Assembly: GCF_006345805.1 (NCBI RefSeq)
Contig: NC_042998.1
Span: 157,542,001 to 157,606,000 of the forward strand
Source of the DNA: Octopus sinensis
Lineage: Eukaryota
Reading direction: 5' to 3'
Length of the DNA stretch: 64,000 nt
Shown here: positions 23,327 through 37,540 of the stretch, piece by piece
How positions within the stretch are numbered: position 1 is the stretch's first letter
Layout: every line of letters starts with the position of its first letter
Notes under the pieces: generated by a model
Databases searched by the model: none
What the model was told of the DNA's origin: nothing
What the model saw: only the letters and a program-made list of their open reading frames with translations
Made by a program: the position numbers and the translations under genes

Positions 23327-25130
23327 AGTGGCTTCCGCTTTGCAGTATTTTTATACTGCAAAATTTTATATTCTCTGCTATGTTTTCCATTGAAAAAATT
23401 GCCATTAACGCTAATGACTCCTTGGATTAGTGATTTAATTTAAATTAATTACAATTGTTTTTATTTTCTTTTTTGGCTCTTTTCACTATGTTCACGCAGA
23501 CATAACTAGATAATCTTCAGAAGACACCATTCAGAAAGAATGCTAATGTTTTTGATTTAAATTTACCTATCGTCACGTATACATTTTCAGTCAATTTATT
23601 TTCTGCTGTAAGTTAGACTGTACTTCCCTATGAAGGTCTGATAAGACCGAAACATATTAACTGCCATCCTCATATATACTTAAAATCAGATTGTACCTCT
23701 CGCTGCATGATTTACTTTAATTTTAACTTATTTACATTCCAGAATTCTCACCTTTATCTTCACTGGGAATATTGTTAGTATTACTGATGACTTCTTTTTA
23801 ATCGCAGTTTCTATGTCAGGAGTTTCTTTGCATCAAAATTCTACGTTAGCTCTGGGTGAACACTAAGAGAAAGAATATTTCGATAACTTTGTGTGGGAAA
23901 TATCTATATGTTAAAATTCCCGAGATAAGTGGACAGTGGAATGTCCCTTATCTTTTACTTGCTTCAGTCTTTGGAGTGCTGACAAGCTGGTGCACCACCC
24001 TAATGAGTTTAGTGGAACAAATTTACACTGTACTTATGTTTGAATCTGATACTTTTTTATCGTCCTCTTTTTGACGAACCGCTAAGTTTCTAGGATGTAA
24101 GCAAAACAATACCGTTCAGGTGACGGTGGAAGACAAACATGACTACAAAGATTCAAACATATAGATACATACCTATACACACACACACGCAAGTGCACAC
24201 ACACATAAACACACACACACGCACACTCACACACATGCACACACACACATGCGCGCGCGCATACAAACACACACACGCACAAGCATATGTTTATATGTAT
24301 ATTATTTAGCTTTAAGTCGCCTGGAGCCGAATGAAAGTGCTTTACATAATACTAATTGTATTACTATGTAAAACCGTTTGATTCGACTCTACGAGACTTA
24401 AAGTTTCGTGGACTTCTTACAGAAACCCACCTCTTTCAGGATCAGATTATCGATTGGATAGGTACATGAAGTCCAAGATAGCTACTGGAAAATGGGTTGC
24501 TATTGGTGAAGGTGGGTCACATGGTGTTGACAGCAATAGCTATTCCGTTAGAAAGAGTTATTTCTTAGACCGCGTGACAAGTGACCTCTAATCGGCTGGA
24601 GCCCAATAGAAGCAAAGCTCATGTATAAGTGTGTGTGCGTGTGTGTGCGTGCATGCGTGCGTGTGTGTGTGCGTATCTGTGTTTGTGAGTGTATACCAGA
24701 TGTATGAAAGTGTGGGTGTGTATATGCTATTGGTTTTGTGTATGTATGTATGAGCGTGTGAATACGTTGTACTAGTGCCTACTAACTACGTGTGCGTGCG
24801 CAAACATATTTTAGAATGTATATATGAGTGTGTGCGCGCGTAAGTATATATAGCATATATGAGTGAATGTGTGCGTAAGTATATGTATTCTTGCATTGGT
24901 GCGTAAACGTATGAATATGTGTATGCATGTCTTGAAGAGCATATATTGGTATGCGTGTGGATGTGCGTGTACAGGATTTGTATGTAAGTATATATATTTT
25001 TGCGTTTGTGTTTTAATGTATGGGTTCATACGTGTTAGTCTGGGAAAATATATAGATGCCCACTTGTTTTAGCGGGCGTGTATGTGTCTGTATTTATGTG
25101 TATGTGTACAAATACCAATGTACATACACA

Positions 25131-25550
25131 TTGGGTGAGGGAGACACAAGACCGTGGTGGATAGAGGAAGAGAGTGCATAGCGGTTGTTCGACATTTGAA
25201 AGAGAGAAAATAAAGCACGAAAAGATTAATAGAAGGCTAAGAAAGAATAAACCTTTGGAAAATGAGGGAGTGTTGCTTTGTATGTGTGTGTGGTTTGTGA
25301 GAGGAGGTGTTTGAGTCGTGCGGGCCTAGTCAGCCACCAGAGAACTTACAGGGATCGACCCATGGTAAATTGATATGGATATTGTTCACAACAGAACATG
25401 TGCAACATGTGGAAAGGTGTGTCTCTCAGTTGGAGGATTGAAAAAGTATGTCAAAAGAGTTCATACTATGGCACGTGTTCCAATAGAATGTGCAAATCTT
25501 TCGCTGGGCTCAAGATTCATACAAGGGCCTCACATTGCATCAACAATGAC
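25131..25550 (+). mobile_element. RTE-like LINE 3' end with C2H2 zinc fingers
   Basis: QDRGGW.KRV...CVVCERRCLSRAGLVSHQRT and CATCGKVCLSVGGLKK, the RTE C-terminal pattern. Confidence 0.7.
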
Positions 25551-26274
25551 TCATTTGAATGATTCTCTCTAGCAATGGCTTTGCTCGTATACGAGAAAAC
25601 AGCTAATATATATATAGTGTTATGACTTTTTCACAACCTAATAACCCTATACAGTAATTCGATGAATAATTTCATAAAAGTCAGGAAACTAACATCTATT
25701 TTGCTTTATTTGAAACAAAATCGCTACCTCTCAACTTAAGTAATCGATTACCACTTTTGACCCAAATAATGCAAAATCCTAGAGTGGGGTTCATAACGCC
25801 TGCTCAAGTTTTTACCAAACTTGGTGTGCTGATTCAATGCGATGCAGAAATAGTATATCTGAAATTTCAGCTTTCTAGTTGAAGTAGCTTCGGAGTTATT
25901 GGCTTTTAAAACTATAACCACTAGGTGGCACTAGATTTCCACTTCAGTATTTCCGCTGCCTAAATCCTTGTAAACGCAAGAGAGATGTAGAATAAAAGTG
26001 TATTTATACATTTTAAAGATTACTGAATTGAAATTGCTCTATGCAAAGGTTCAAAACTAGGCTATTTTAATACAGAAGCCACTACAAGCATTCGATAACA
26101 TACAAAATTAAGAACAATATATATTTTAACTTTATAGGTTTAATTCCAATTTTAAATAACTGTATAAGAAAAAGAGTGCTGAATGTTACCAAGTTTTTAA
26201 AAATAAGAAAGAATTAATATGTTTTGTTAGATAAAATAAATCGAAGCTAAAGTTTCTCCTTTTTACAAACATCA

Positions 26275-26805
26275 TAAAGATCTTGAAGGCACTTGATTGC
26301 ACGTTCTGCACTCTGATTTGTTCCGGGAATTTCCAGTTCTGATGGTTCTCGACCCCAAAAGTTGTTTACAGAGTTCAATGCTTTTTTATGAAATTGCAAT
26401 CTACCACAAAACTTCTGATAACCATATGCATTGAACGTTTGGTCAGTAAACTAAAAATCTGCCCAGCTGTAAGAGATGAATCGACAAATATAGAGAAGTA
26501 AAACTATTTTCTCTGGTAGAAGAATAAATGCCAAAATAGCTAGTATTGCTCGAGAATTCCATCTTGTATTACTTGTATTTTTTGAAACGTTACAGTAGGA
26601 AATTTGCCGGTTTCTTCAAAGAAATGAAAAACTCTGGTCAAATGAAAAAGAAATTTCATGTCAACTCGCCATCCTGCTGATTCAATAATCTTTTCTTTAT
26701 CATTGTTGAAATTAGCATGCTTGGGCGATATACATAAAACCTCGTACGGTTTAATGCTTCTACTTGGCACTTGGGTGCCTTTCACCAAATCCACTTTGTC
26801 GCAGT
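26275..26805 (-). mobile_element. DNA-transposase-like fragment, superfamily not assigned
   Basis: NARWNSRAILAILAFILLP and EIP.TNQ.AERAIKCLQDL resemble C-terminal motifs of invertebrate transposases. Frameshifted and cut by a SINE. Confidence 0.5.
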
Positions 26806-26811
26806 CATTTG

Positions 26812-27050
26812 GGTTGTGACTTAGTGGTTAAGGTGTTGGACTCATGATCTTGAGTTGTAGTTTCGATTCCAGAACCGAGCGATACGTTATGTTCTTGACC
26901 AAAACACTTCATTTTACCTTGTTCCACTCAGCTAGCAAAAATGAGTAATCCTGCGGTGTCCCGCCCAGGTGGGGAATTTATGCGCCTTGAAACTGGGAAC
27001 CGGTCCTTATGAGTCAGCGTGAATCAAGAAGATAGCTTTACCATTACCTT
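26812..27050 (+). mobile_element. tRNA-headed SINE
   Basis: GACTTAGTGGTTAAGGTGTTGGACTCATGA (A box), GTTTCGATTCC (B box), GAAACTGGGAACCGG tail. Confidence 0.75.
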
Positions 27051-27718
27051 TTAACAGACATTTGGGTTATAATGCTGGTTTGAAGATATTTTCCCTGGTC
27101 CTTACGGGGCTCTTTAGGGGCACTGGTTTTCTTTGTCACTGGAAAATGAAATTCATATCTATGTATGTATGCTTTTATGTTGTGAATGTGTGTGCTCATG
27201 TATGTGTATGTGTGTGTGTGATTGTATATATATATATATGTATACATATATACGTAGAAACACATAAATATGTATTGGATATGGCTCTTCGAGCCGCTTT
27301 GATCCTAACCATACAGCAATATCTATACGTAGTAGTTTTCATAGTCACCTATTGTAATGAAGAGATATATCATAGCAATACATATATCAGTCGGATTCTG
27401 AGCAGGTCTTTCTTGAACTATTGTATCACAGTGTAATATGTAAATAACTTGAATGTATTTCTGTGAGAAGTACGTGATATAACTAGGTATTTCAGTTTTT
27501 CATGAACGATACATTCGGAAATTTTATAATACAGTAGACTATCATTTATTAACACTTTGTTAGTAAATGACCGGTTCCTAAGATGGTTGATTTCTTTGTG
27601 TCCTAAGTATAAGCTATGCTTTCAAGAAATTGTTTTTCATGTTCGTTTCATAAAATTTATATAATTCACGTACTTGAATTATACATTGTAAGCTTATTAA
27701 CAGAGTATTAATATTGTA

Positions 27719-28524
27719 CAAGGTATCCGGGCCAAATTTGACGATTTTTTGTCTCCTTTTCAGGAACAGATTGATGTATTGGTAAACAGGTCAACGGCGT
27801 TGGAGAGGATAAATAATAAAGTTCTAGTTGAGAAAAAGTTAACTGACACAGAGGACTGGAAGTCATCTGAATATTGAAAAAAAGTTACCTATATTATGAT
27901 GATTCATACCAGGTATAAAAGTGCCTGCATCATGACTGATACTGAATGCTTTGTGAACATTGTAAAGGCTGCAAGGCCTATATATAGAATTGTGACGGAG
28001 ACTACGAAGCCTTGGTCAGTAGAAAGGGATGCACATGGCGTCCTGACTGTGTCCGGATGTCGACGTTTATCCGCACATCTTTGAAGAGAGAATTAGACTC
28101 AATTCAGACGGCTATGTGAAGTTGCTGGAGACTGGTGAAACCATGGTTGGAAAGTATTACTGTTGGAAAGCCATATGTGTGGCAGCAGGATTCGGTTCCT
28201 TGCCATGCTTCTGCTAAGGGTCAGTAGTGGTTGTCAGAGAATTTCTACGACTTCACCAACTCTGGCCTTCTAATTGATCCGATAGTAATTCTGTGGATTA
28301 CTATGAGTGGGACACGGCTGGAAAAGACACCATATGTTCCGTCTGAAATACCAACGCTGGGCCGAGACCAAAGAGGTGTTCGAATATTTTTCTAGGGAAA
28401 CAATGAGATATACCATAATACGGTTTGATATTGGTTGATTTAAAAAAAAAATACTCATATTTTGGGATGAAATATTGTATTTTCTTTTTCTTTATACAGA
28501 CTGTCAAATTTAGACTGAGCAAAC
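27719..28524 (+). mobile_element. Internally deleted Tc1/mariner-superfamily element (maT/DD37D-like)
   Basis: YVKLLE..VKPWLE...YVWQQDSVPCH...WPSN*SD.NSVDY. Weak TIRs sharing AAATTTGAC, with TA flanks. Confidence 0.7.
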
Positions 28525-28920
28525 TAATTTATTTGGCTTGATACAGTTTTCTTATTTTTACTTGTCTTTATTTGATATTCATTTTCATTATAATGTTCCT
28601 GCTAAAAGTGTCAGTAAGATAAAAATATAACAGACCAGAACAACAATAATGCACTTTTACATGGCTATAGAAATCAATTGTTTAACATAACATATATGGA
28701 AGGAACTATACCAACCTAATACGCAATATACAGATGCTACCCACGGACTATAAATTTAAGCGTATACTAGAGTTTAAGCTGTAGTACGTACATATACCTA
28801 GACATATACACATATGTTTGTATACGTAAATAAGTTATCCACAAATAAGTACAAAGATTAAAAGATCAAATGAGAAGTAAAAGTGCATCTTTTGAGAAAG
28901 AACTCTATTTGGAATAATAA

Positions 28921-29256
28921 TGTTGTAGTAAAAATGCTACTCCCCTTCCACGTGACAATGTGGTATGATTGGGCCACTATAAAGACAGACAGTGAGTCGT
29001 TCTAGGAGGTCAGTAGTCGTAGAGTCGTTGTACGAGTTCTCAGTTGGAGTCAGTGTCAGTTACATGATATATACAAGTTCGAGTTACCGTCAAGGTAGAC
29101 TTTTCAAAGTCATTGTCTTTCGGAGCTATCAGTGATAGCATGATAGACGAGTCAAAGATAATAAGACGCGCAATAGCGCCACAACATAATAGTGGTGGCA
29201 AAAATATTACAGTGCCGACAATTACATACAAGTGGACGAAAATCCACTTTATAACA
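28921..29256 (+). mobile_element. Putative 5' LTR of the Gypsy element
   Basis: Starts TGTTG, ends ATAACA, followed by PBS-like GTTGTGATGAGG. No 3' LTR is present to confirm it. Confidence 0.55.
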
Positions 29257-32215
29257 GTTGTGATGAGGAAATAATTCATGCGGACAGCAATTCACGCGGA
29301 TGACGTTGAAAAAATATTTCACGTGGAGAAATTAAGAACTCGACAGAAGAGTAGCAAACATTTTTGTTGTACATATTTTACAAAAATCGTAGAATTATTG
29401 AAAATTGGTTAGTGAGTCTAGTTGAGTTACAACATAAACAACAACTGCAACAACAACTCAAAGAACAACAAGAACAACAACAACAACTGTTACAGCAACA
29501 ACGCTACAACTAATGAAGTTGGTAACAAAACCGGAAAATGCATTTTCGCCAGACCATGTAACAAATTCAATAAATGATTTTAAGTATGACCCTGAAGAAG
29601 GAGTCACCTTCGAGTCGTATTACCGAAGATTTGAACAGGTTTTTGAAAAGTAATGCCAAGACTGGACGACAGAATAAATACGCGTCTAATTCTCAGGAAA
29701 CTGGCAACGACAGAGCATGAGAAATACTGTAACTCTATATTGCCTAAATAAGTTTCTGTCATAAATTTCACGAACACAATTGACATTTTATGTAGGATGT
29801 TTAGTGAAAAAAACATCGTTGATCAAAACACTTTGGAAGTGTTTGAATACTGAAGAAAGCGATGACGAAGACTTTACCACATATCCGGATTGAGTGAACG
29901 GAGAGTGCGAGATATTTAAACTGGATAAACTAACTCTAGGCTCGTTCAAGTGCCTGTTTTTGTTCAGGGACTTACTGCTAAAAAGGACGCAGAGGTCAGA
30001 ACGAAAATTCTCGCAAAGCTGGAAATAAACCAGGATATAACTCCCCAGAAACTCTCAGAAGAGTACGATGTGATATTAAAAGTAAGGCACGTCACAGAAG
30101 AAATCCAACGCAGAGATTGTTTACAGATAAAACTAGTATGAAAGAGTTGGAAGACGAATAAAGTATTTCACAAAAAGACAAGACATACATCAGGAGACAA
30201 ACCCGTGTATGGCATGTAGTGGTAGGTAAGTGAAAAAAGAGTGTCCGTTCAAAAAAGCAAAGTGTTTTCGTTGTGGGAACACAGGACACATTAAATCGCA
30301 ATGCAGAACTAAGATGAAATTGGACCAAACGAGAAAAAGTAAATAGATTGTCATCGGAGAAAAAAGTTTGTACAACGAATAGAAAATTCATCAATGTGAG
30401 AATCGAAACCACTAGTGTCAAAATGCAATTAGACACAGGTAGTGACATCACTATCATAAATGGAGGAACATGGTGACAAATCGGTAAGCCGAAATTATCT
30501 ATATGAAATAAAGTGTTACAGGAAAGAAATCATGCTTCATCGGCGAATGTATTTCCAATGTAATTTTTTGAGGCGAAAAGAAAAGGACAATCATTTATGT
30601 ATTGAAAAAATATCTAAACCTATTTGGTTGAGATTGCATGGAGTTATTTAAAATATGGTATACCCCCCATTAGTGTTCGCTGTGGAAATATAGTCGGCAC
30701 GGTCAAAAGGTCGAATGAAATCGAACAACTTAGACAAAAATTAACAAATTGTTTCGAAATGTTATTTTTTTAGAAGGATTAGGCTGTTGCACAAAACAAG
30801 AGGGAGGATCGTGGTAAAAGAAAAGACAACACCTGTTTTTGAGGCCCAAACGGAACGTACAGTCTGCGGCGTTGGACCAGGCCAATAAAGAGCTAGAAAA
30901 CTAGAAAGTCTAGCTATAATTGAAAAAGTCGACCATTCAGATTGGGCAGCTCCGATGGTTTATGTAAAGGAAAAAAAATATAAACTAAGAATGTGTGCGG
31001 ACATTTCAACTGGATTATATAACTGTTTAGTCGAACGGAATTATCCATTACCAAGCCCAGAATAAGTGTTCTCAAAACTAAATTGAGGAGAAAGTTTCTT
31101 GACGTTAGACCTGCCGGAGGCCTATCTACAGATACAGGTAGAGGAAGATTTTGCGCACCCTTTAACAATCAACACACACCGTGGATTGTATAAATTCAAG
31201 TGGCTTCCTTTTGGAGTAAAAGTGGCACCTGCCATATTCCAACAAGTGATGGACGCACTGTTAAATGATTGCAACTTCACTATCGCTTATCTAGATGTTA
31301 TTTTGATTAAGAGCAGGTAAGTGGAAAAACACTTCGAAAATATTTAAAAATGTATTCAGAAAAATAAATATGGGTTTAGACCAACAGAGGAAAAGTGAAT
31401 TTTTGATGAAAAAACCAAATATTTAGGTGGCTAGACCCATCAAGGCCGAAGGCAATACCAAATATGCCTCCCCCAACTAACGTAAAATTGTTACAAGAAT
31501 TTTTAGATTTGGTAGGCTACTATCAAATATATATGCCGAACATGCACAACACAAGGGCTCCACTAAATGAGCTGTTTAAAAAAGCATGCCAAATGGTTTT
31601 GGTTTGAAAAATGCCAGAAGGCATTTGAGAAACTAAAACGCATGTTAATTTGAGGTTTGTCGCTTACACACTTCAACCCAAAGTTGGAGACGATACTGGC
31701 GACAGATGCTAGTGAGCATAGGGTAGGTGCTGTACTCCTACACAAATGTGAAGATGGCAACAAAAAGGCCATATTTCACGCGTGAAGGACGCTATTGCCA
31801 GCGGTAAAAATTATAACTAAATTGAAAAAGAGATATTGGTGATTATATTTGGCATAAAAAAATTCCACAAGTTTATATATGGTAGATGATTTAGACTACA
31901 AACAGACCATCGCTCGTTGCTAAAGATTTATGGATCAAAGAAAGGGATTTCAATACATACAGCAAATAAGTTGCAGCGATGGAGCACCTTGCCATTAAAT
32001 TATGACTATGCAAAGGAATATTTACCTTCGAAAACGCTAGGACGGCCTGTCCAAATTTATACCCAGAAATGGCGAACCATTCGAGGGTAGAGTATCAGCA
32101 GCCCTAAGAGCCAAAGAAGAAATTAAATCCATAATGTGGAACATTGTATGAGAGTTACCAATAACTCTGGAGGAGATTAAGCGATACGCGTTACAAGATA
32201 AGTTCCATAACAGAT
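29257..32215 (+). mobile_element. Ty3/Gypsy (Mag/K02A2.6-like) gag-pol, degenerate, truncated before integrase
   Basis: Gag YDPEEGVTFESYYRRFE; knuckle CFRCGNTGHIKSQC; protease QLDTGSDITII; RT LPFGVKVAPAIFQ...AYLDVILI; RNase H ATDASEHRVGAVL...EKE...QTDHRSL. Confidence 0.93.
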
Positions 32216-33005
32216 CGTCTTGTTATTATGTAGTACTATATACCATGTAAAAATAGAAAGCTGATTTTTCTGATTATTTGCATGCTTATATATTGAATTT
32301 TCGACTCGTGTTATATTATTAGTGTTGACCTGTTTGTCTATAATGTTAGCTAGGTTTTTGTTTTACCAGAGATAACTCCAGATTTTACCGGCAAATATAT
32401 CTTAGCTAATTGCAAGATAACACATTGTGTTATTTTGAGTATTGATTTACTCAATGTGCAAATCACTGATAATTTCATTAAAATATATGGCATGCTTAAG
32501 TGCTCCGTTTCAATTTGTAGTGTTTTTAAGACATTAGCTCCAGTTTTTTAAAAATTTGTTCATGTAACTCGTCATCAAATATTTACTGTGGCAGATTAGT
32601 AACAAAAATTGCAAGTTCCTCTACATTCTGATTACTTCTCTTTTGAACTTGCAAAGATTCATTTCTACCTGTATCTTTTAATAGTTGTGAAAATGTTAGG
32701 TTGACGATGAAGCATTATATACATTGTGTAGAAGATCTGTTATCGCAAATCGATTTTGTATACAATATTTATCATATTTGGTTCGTTTGACTATTCTAAA
32801 TGAGAGTAAGTTTCGAGAACTCCTGCTAATCACCTAAACATATTTGCATTGCTTTAGTTATAGTATCTAAAGGGTTATATTTTGCTTTGATAATCCTCTT
32901 ATTTGTTTGAAGTGGGAACCCAGTTATTCTATGAATACCTTCTCTCTCTGTGCTTATCTTTCTTAAAACCTCCAACTTGCAGCCATTCTATAGGAGTTTT
33001 AACTA

Positions 33006-34238
33006 TACGGTCATCCCATAAGTTCTGTCCGATTTTACCTTTTTTAAAATTGAGTGAAATTTAATAGTATTTTAGAATGTCTAATGGAAGTAAAATTTAT
33101 TTTAATGCAGTTGTATACATTTAAACTAATTAAATATTATTATACAGAATTAGAGAATTAAAATTTCTTTGATTAAAACCCTTTCTAACATGGAAGTATC
33201 CAAAGAGCATTTAAGGTACATAATGCTTTATGAGCACAAAAAAGGAAACTCTGCAGCCGAGCGACTCGGAACATACACTCAGTTCATGGGAAAGAATGCT
33301 TGAATGAAAGAACTTGCAGAAGATGGTTTGAAAAATTCAGAAGTGGAGATTTCAGCCTTGAAGATGAAGATCGAACAGGACTTCCAGTTGAGTTTGATGT
33401 TAAGGTCCTTGAGGCATTCAAACCATACAACTGATCATCGTCATTTTCAACAACTTGGAAAGGTTCCTAAACTTCGAAAATGAGTGCCTCATGAGTTGTC
33501 CGAAAGTAACCGCAAATCCCGAGTTGACATCTGCTATTCTCTCCATTCTCGCGAACTCAATTCACCCTTTTTGGATAGACTTGTGAATGGTAACGAAAAA
33601 TGAATCTTCTATCGTAATGTTAAACGTTGAAAACAGTGGCTTGGTAAAAGGAAAACAGCTCAACCGCAACCGAGAAGGGAACTTCACGGTAAAAGGTTCT
33701 TCTCTCTATCTGGTGGGATTGCAAAGGAGTAATTCACTTTGAATTGTTACCATCTAATGCAACAATCAATGCTGAAGTCTACTGTCAGCAATTAGAGCGC
33801 TTGAACCAAGCTTTGAAGAAAAGAGACCTGCTTTAATGAATCGAAAAGTAGAGATGTTTCATCAGAACATTGCGTGACCCCACACTGTAAAGATCACATC
33901 ACAGAAGATCGAAGAGCTTGGTAGGGAAAAGAATTCCTCATCTACCTTATTCTTCCGAAATTTCTCCTTCAGATTACCATTTGCTTCGTCATTTACAGAA
34001 TCATTTGGAGGTCATAACTTTCGCAAGCCAGGAGGAGGTGGAAACTGATATTTCAGAGTTCTTCCCTTTGAAACCAAAAGAGATTTCCATTGATGGGATT
34101 AAAAAGCTTGTAAATAGATGGAAGGATGTCATAGATAATCAGGGAAAGTACATTGATGATTAAATTGCTATTAAATATAACATTTGATCACTTGTTTTCT
34201 TTATTCAAAATTCGGACAGAACTTATGAGATGATCTGA
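33006..34238 (+). mobile_element. Mariner transposon, transposase pseudogenised
   Basis: TIR ..TCATCCCATAAGTTCTGTCCGA with TA flanks; ATG 33190 MEVSKEHLRYIMLYE; WWDCKGVIHFELL; PYSSEISPSDYHL. Confidence 0.93.
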
Positions 34239-35329
34239 TACATAGATTTCTCCAGTTTCGCAGAGCCAACGATGGCTATGATTCCAGATCCTACACTCTG
34301 AGCAAAGTACGAGAAAAAAAACATCAGAAAAAATAATCTACTAAATTTCTTTTCTCCAGCCAATGTGATTTCAAAGCCAGACGAACGTTTGCAATTATTC
34401 GCTGCCACTACTGATAGTGCTTGGTTGTTAGCTGTTTTCCAGTCTATTGGATATAGCAGCGAAATAGATTAAACACATTGGGTATCAGTACACATTATTG
34501 CCAGGATCGAACAGTATTCTAAGTAAATGTCTGATAATGTCATATATAGCGACGGAACTGGTAGAATCATAATACTTATATACTTATGTAGCTGAACATA
34601 GGGTTCAGATCATTTTGAAAGTCATGGAGACACGATAAATGTGATGCTGGTATTAGTGGCCAGAAAAAGTCCACAAAGTGATAACACCTATATCTACGAT
34701 TTATTGAGAAAATAAACCTGAAAGAGTCATTAGAATTAACTTTGTTTTATTTCCATTCAGTGTGTTTCAAGATCTATTTATAAGTGCTTGTAATTGAATA
34801 CAAGATAGAACAGTTGAACATAGTATTATTTAGTATGGGTATATAATGCAAATATTTAAAGAGTCCGAAAAAATTAATTCTCTGCTTGTTCCAGGTAGTT
34901 CTGCAGCCTGCTCGTTCGACGTCTGTATCTTTTGGGTTTAAACTTTAAACCATATGAAGTCATCGTAGCTATGTAATTGGTAAAGCCTGAATCCTTAATA
35001 TCCTTTTGTCAATTCAACGTCGAAGCCATCTGTCCAGTTTTTACATTCTTGTCCTCTTCTTTAATGTCTTTGTTGCTTCTCAGTGTAGAGTTGGGTGTTG
35101 CAGATCATAGAAATATTCTTCAATGTCATAATTAACAGGTGTTGCGAAATGTGTCTGGATGTGTATGATGTTAAAATCAGTTTCATACAAAACATTGGTG
35201 ATACGTATGACTCATATTGATCATAATCCACGTCAGAGTCTTGTGACGGAAATGTCGCTACCCTAGACGCTATTAGCTCCTTTCTGCGCGATTAGGGATC
35301 ATAAAAGGGTGGTGTCGTATCTGTAAAAA

Positions 35330-35733
35330 TAGGAAAAAGACCGACCGAGAAAAATAAGAGAAGAAATATAAAATACGGAAGAACGGATCGGATTTGATGC
35401 AGTAATAGAGCAGTTAAAACAGAGGATCATGTCAAAAAGATCAGAAAATTTGTGAACAGAAATAAGCAGTTCAAGAAGAACAGATTGTTAAAAAATAGCC
35501 CGAAGCAATTATTCCGAACGTTAGAAAGAATCAATGGGGAAAATGTTGCTCCTGATGCAAATCAAGCCAAGGAGTTCTGAAGCAGATTGTGGGGAAAGAA
35601 TATGATGCATAAGAGGGATGCAATGTGGATAGGAACTATCAAAACAGGCTTACAAGTAGGAAATAAACATAAGGAATATTGTCATAAGCACGGGTGAAGT
35701 GAAAGAACAAGTGGGTAAATCGCCTAACTGGAA
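35330..35733 (+). mobile_element. Dong-like pre-RT fragment ending in (TAG)n
   Basis: EQLKQRI...QFKKNRLLK...PDANQAKEF*SRLW...KSPNWK. Confidence 0.7.
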
Positions 35734-36329
35734 GTAGTAGTAGTAGTAGTGTGTGTGTCCTTTTGACATAATAACTCTTCCAAAATATAAAAACATTTAA
35801 AAATTACTGGGCAGTTTAGAACTTTAATATATGTATTCATGGTCCCATCATGTGACGGAAAATCTCCATACTAACAAAATGAAATTATCTTATTTTACCA
35901 AAATGATCCATTTTACCAAAGTTAATGGAAATTCAAACATACTGAGTTAGTTGTATACTAAGTTTTAGTGTTAAATATATAGAAACCTTATATAATATAC
36001 AAAGTAAAAGTGAGAGACAGAACAATATGTGGAAAAGAAACAGGGCAGGGAAAACTAAAGACAAGAGAAAAGAAGGAAAAAACACAAGAAAAGACAAAAG
36101 AAGTCGTTTGCGTAAAAAATTGAGGGCTTTTCTATCGCGCAAATAGAAAATGTCTATATAGAAATAAATATATTGTTGGTATTGGGAGACGGACGACAGA
36201 CGTTTTGTGGGGAAAAATCGTTTAGCATATTCGAAATAAAATTATAATGAAGTAATAATTGATCTTGGAAGAATAATCTAGTTTAATGTGGTAAATATCT
36301 GTATATTATGTTGCAGAAGCAAATTTAAG

Positions 36330-36600
36330 TCTTAAACGGAGATAATTAGAATAACTTTATTAAAATTTAATCTGATATGATTACTAATGAAATTTAAAAA
36401 ATTTTTAAATCTGATTAACTACGTGAGCCGTTAGATTAAATTCACGATAAAATTCAAGCAAAAACAGCTGCCGTTTTTGGATATTCTTATTTTGAAAGCA
36501 GTTGAGTGGAAAGAAATAGATATTTACCATAAGCCCATAGACTCAGTGCCGCATCTTGTCTGCATATTATGATATCCTATGCAAGGACGAATATTACGTT
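36330..36600 (+). mobile_element. Penelope-like RT C-terminal fragment
   Basis: IKFTIKFKQKQLPFLDILI...DIYHKP. Confidence 0.6.
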
Positions 36601-37106
36601 AAATGGAAAATAAAAAAAATTTTTTCAAAATTAGACATCATCAGAAATAAAAGACAATCTAGGACACAGACGTACATTCATACATAATATGTAGATCTAT
36701 ACAATTCATACAATTATATGTGTGTCTATGACAATATATAAGTAAATATAATGGAGGTACATAGAAGCCACTTGGAAAAATAAAACATAACAGAAGCTTT
36801 CAAACACCGAACTATGACGTGTGTGTGCGTATGTGTGCTTGCGCAAGTACGAGTCTGTATCTCATACACACGCACTCGTGAACATAGACGTGTACGCATA
36901 TGCCCAAATCTCAGGCACACACACACACACACAAATACCAGTTATATTCCGAAATCTATCAGGAAGAATTCGATGCTCTATTCTAGTCGTGACGGACCAG
37001 AATTATCAACGATACATAATTGGCAAGATCAGCAATGACACTAGAACTCAACAGAAAAATTGGTTGATGAAACAATTATTTAATTTTCAATTACTTAATC
37101 GATGTT

Positions 37107-37156
<50 letters not shown>

Positions 37157-37244
37157 TTAATGAACTAGAGGAGTGCGTGTGTTTTGATTGGAAAAAATGA
37201 CCTTTCGAAGATGCAAGTGTTTCGATACACGAATCTTGCAAAAC

Positions 37245-37347
37245 AAATATAATAATAATAATAATAATACTAATAATGATAATGATGATGATAATAATAA
37301 TAATAATAATAATAATGATAATAACAATAATAATACTAATAATAATG

Positions 37348-37384
<37 letters not shown>

Positions 37385-37467
37385 TGATGATGATGCTGAT
37401 GATGATGATAATAATAATAATAACAAAAATAATAATAATCATGATGAGGATGATGACAATAATAATG

Positions 37468-37535
<68 letters not shown>

Positions 37536-37540
37536 GATGA
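37245..37540. repeat. (AAT)n/(GAT)n compound microsatellite
   Basis: Direct inspection. Confidence 0.95.

Noticed and set aside
23137-23443. (CAG)n tract as a polyglutamine gene
   Set aside because: It runs into (TAG)n stops in the Gln frame and has no exon context.
25375-25572. Host C2H2 zinc-finger gene exon
   Set aside because: There are no TGEKP linkers, and it is preceded by an RTE thumb/C-terminal sequence, so it is an RTE 3' end.
34900-35230. RTE APE fragment on the minus strand
   Set aside because: Only a weak YDIEEYFYDLQ resemblance, not enough to support a feature.
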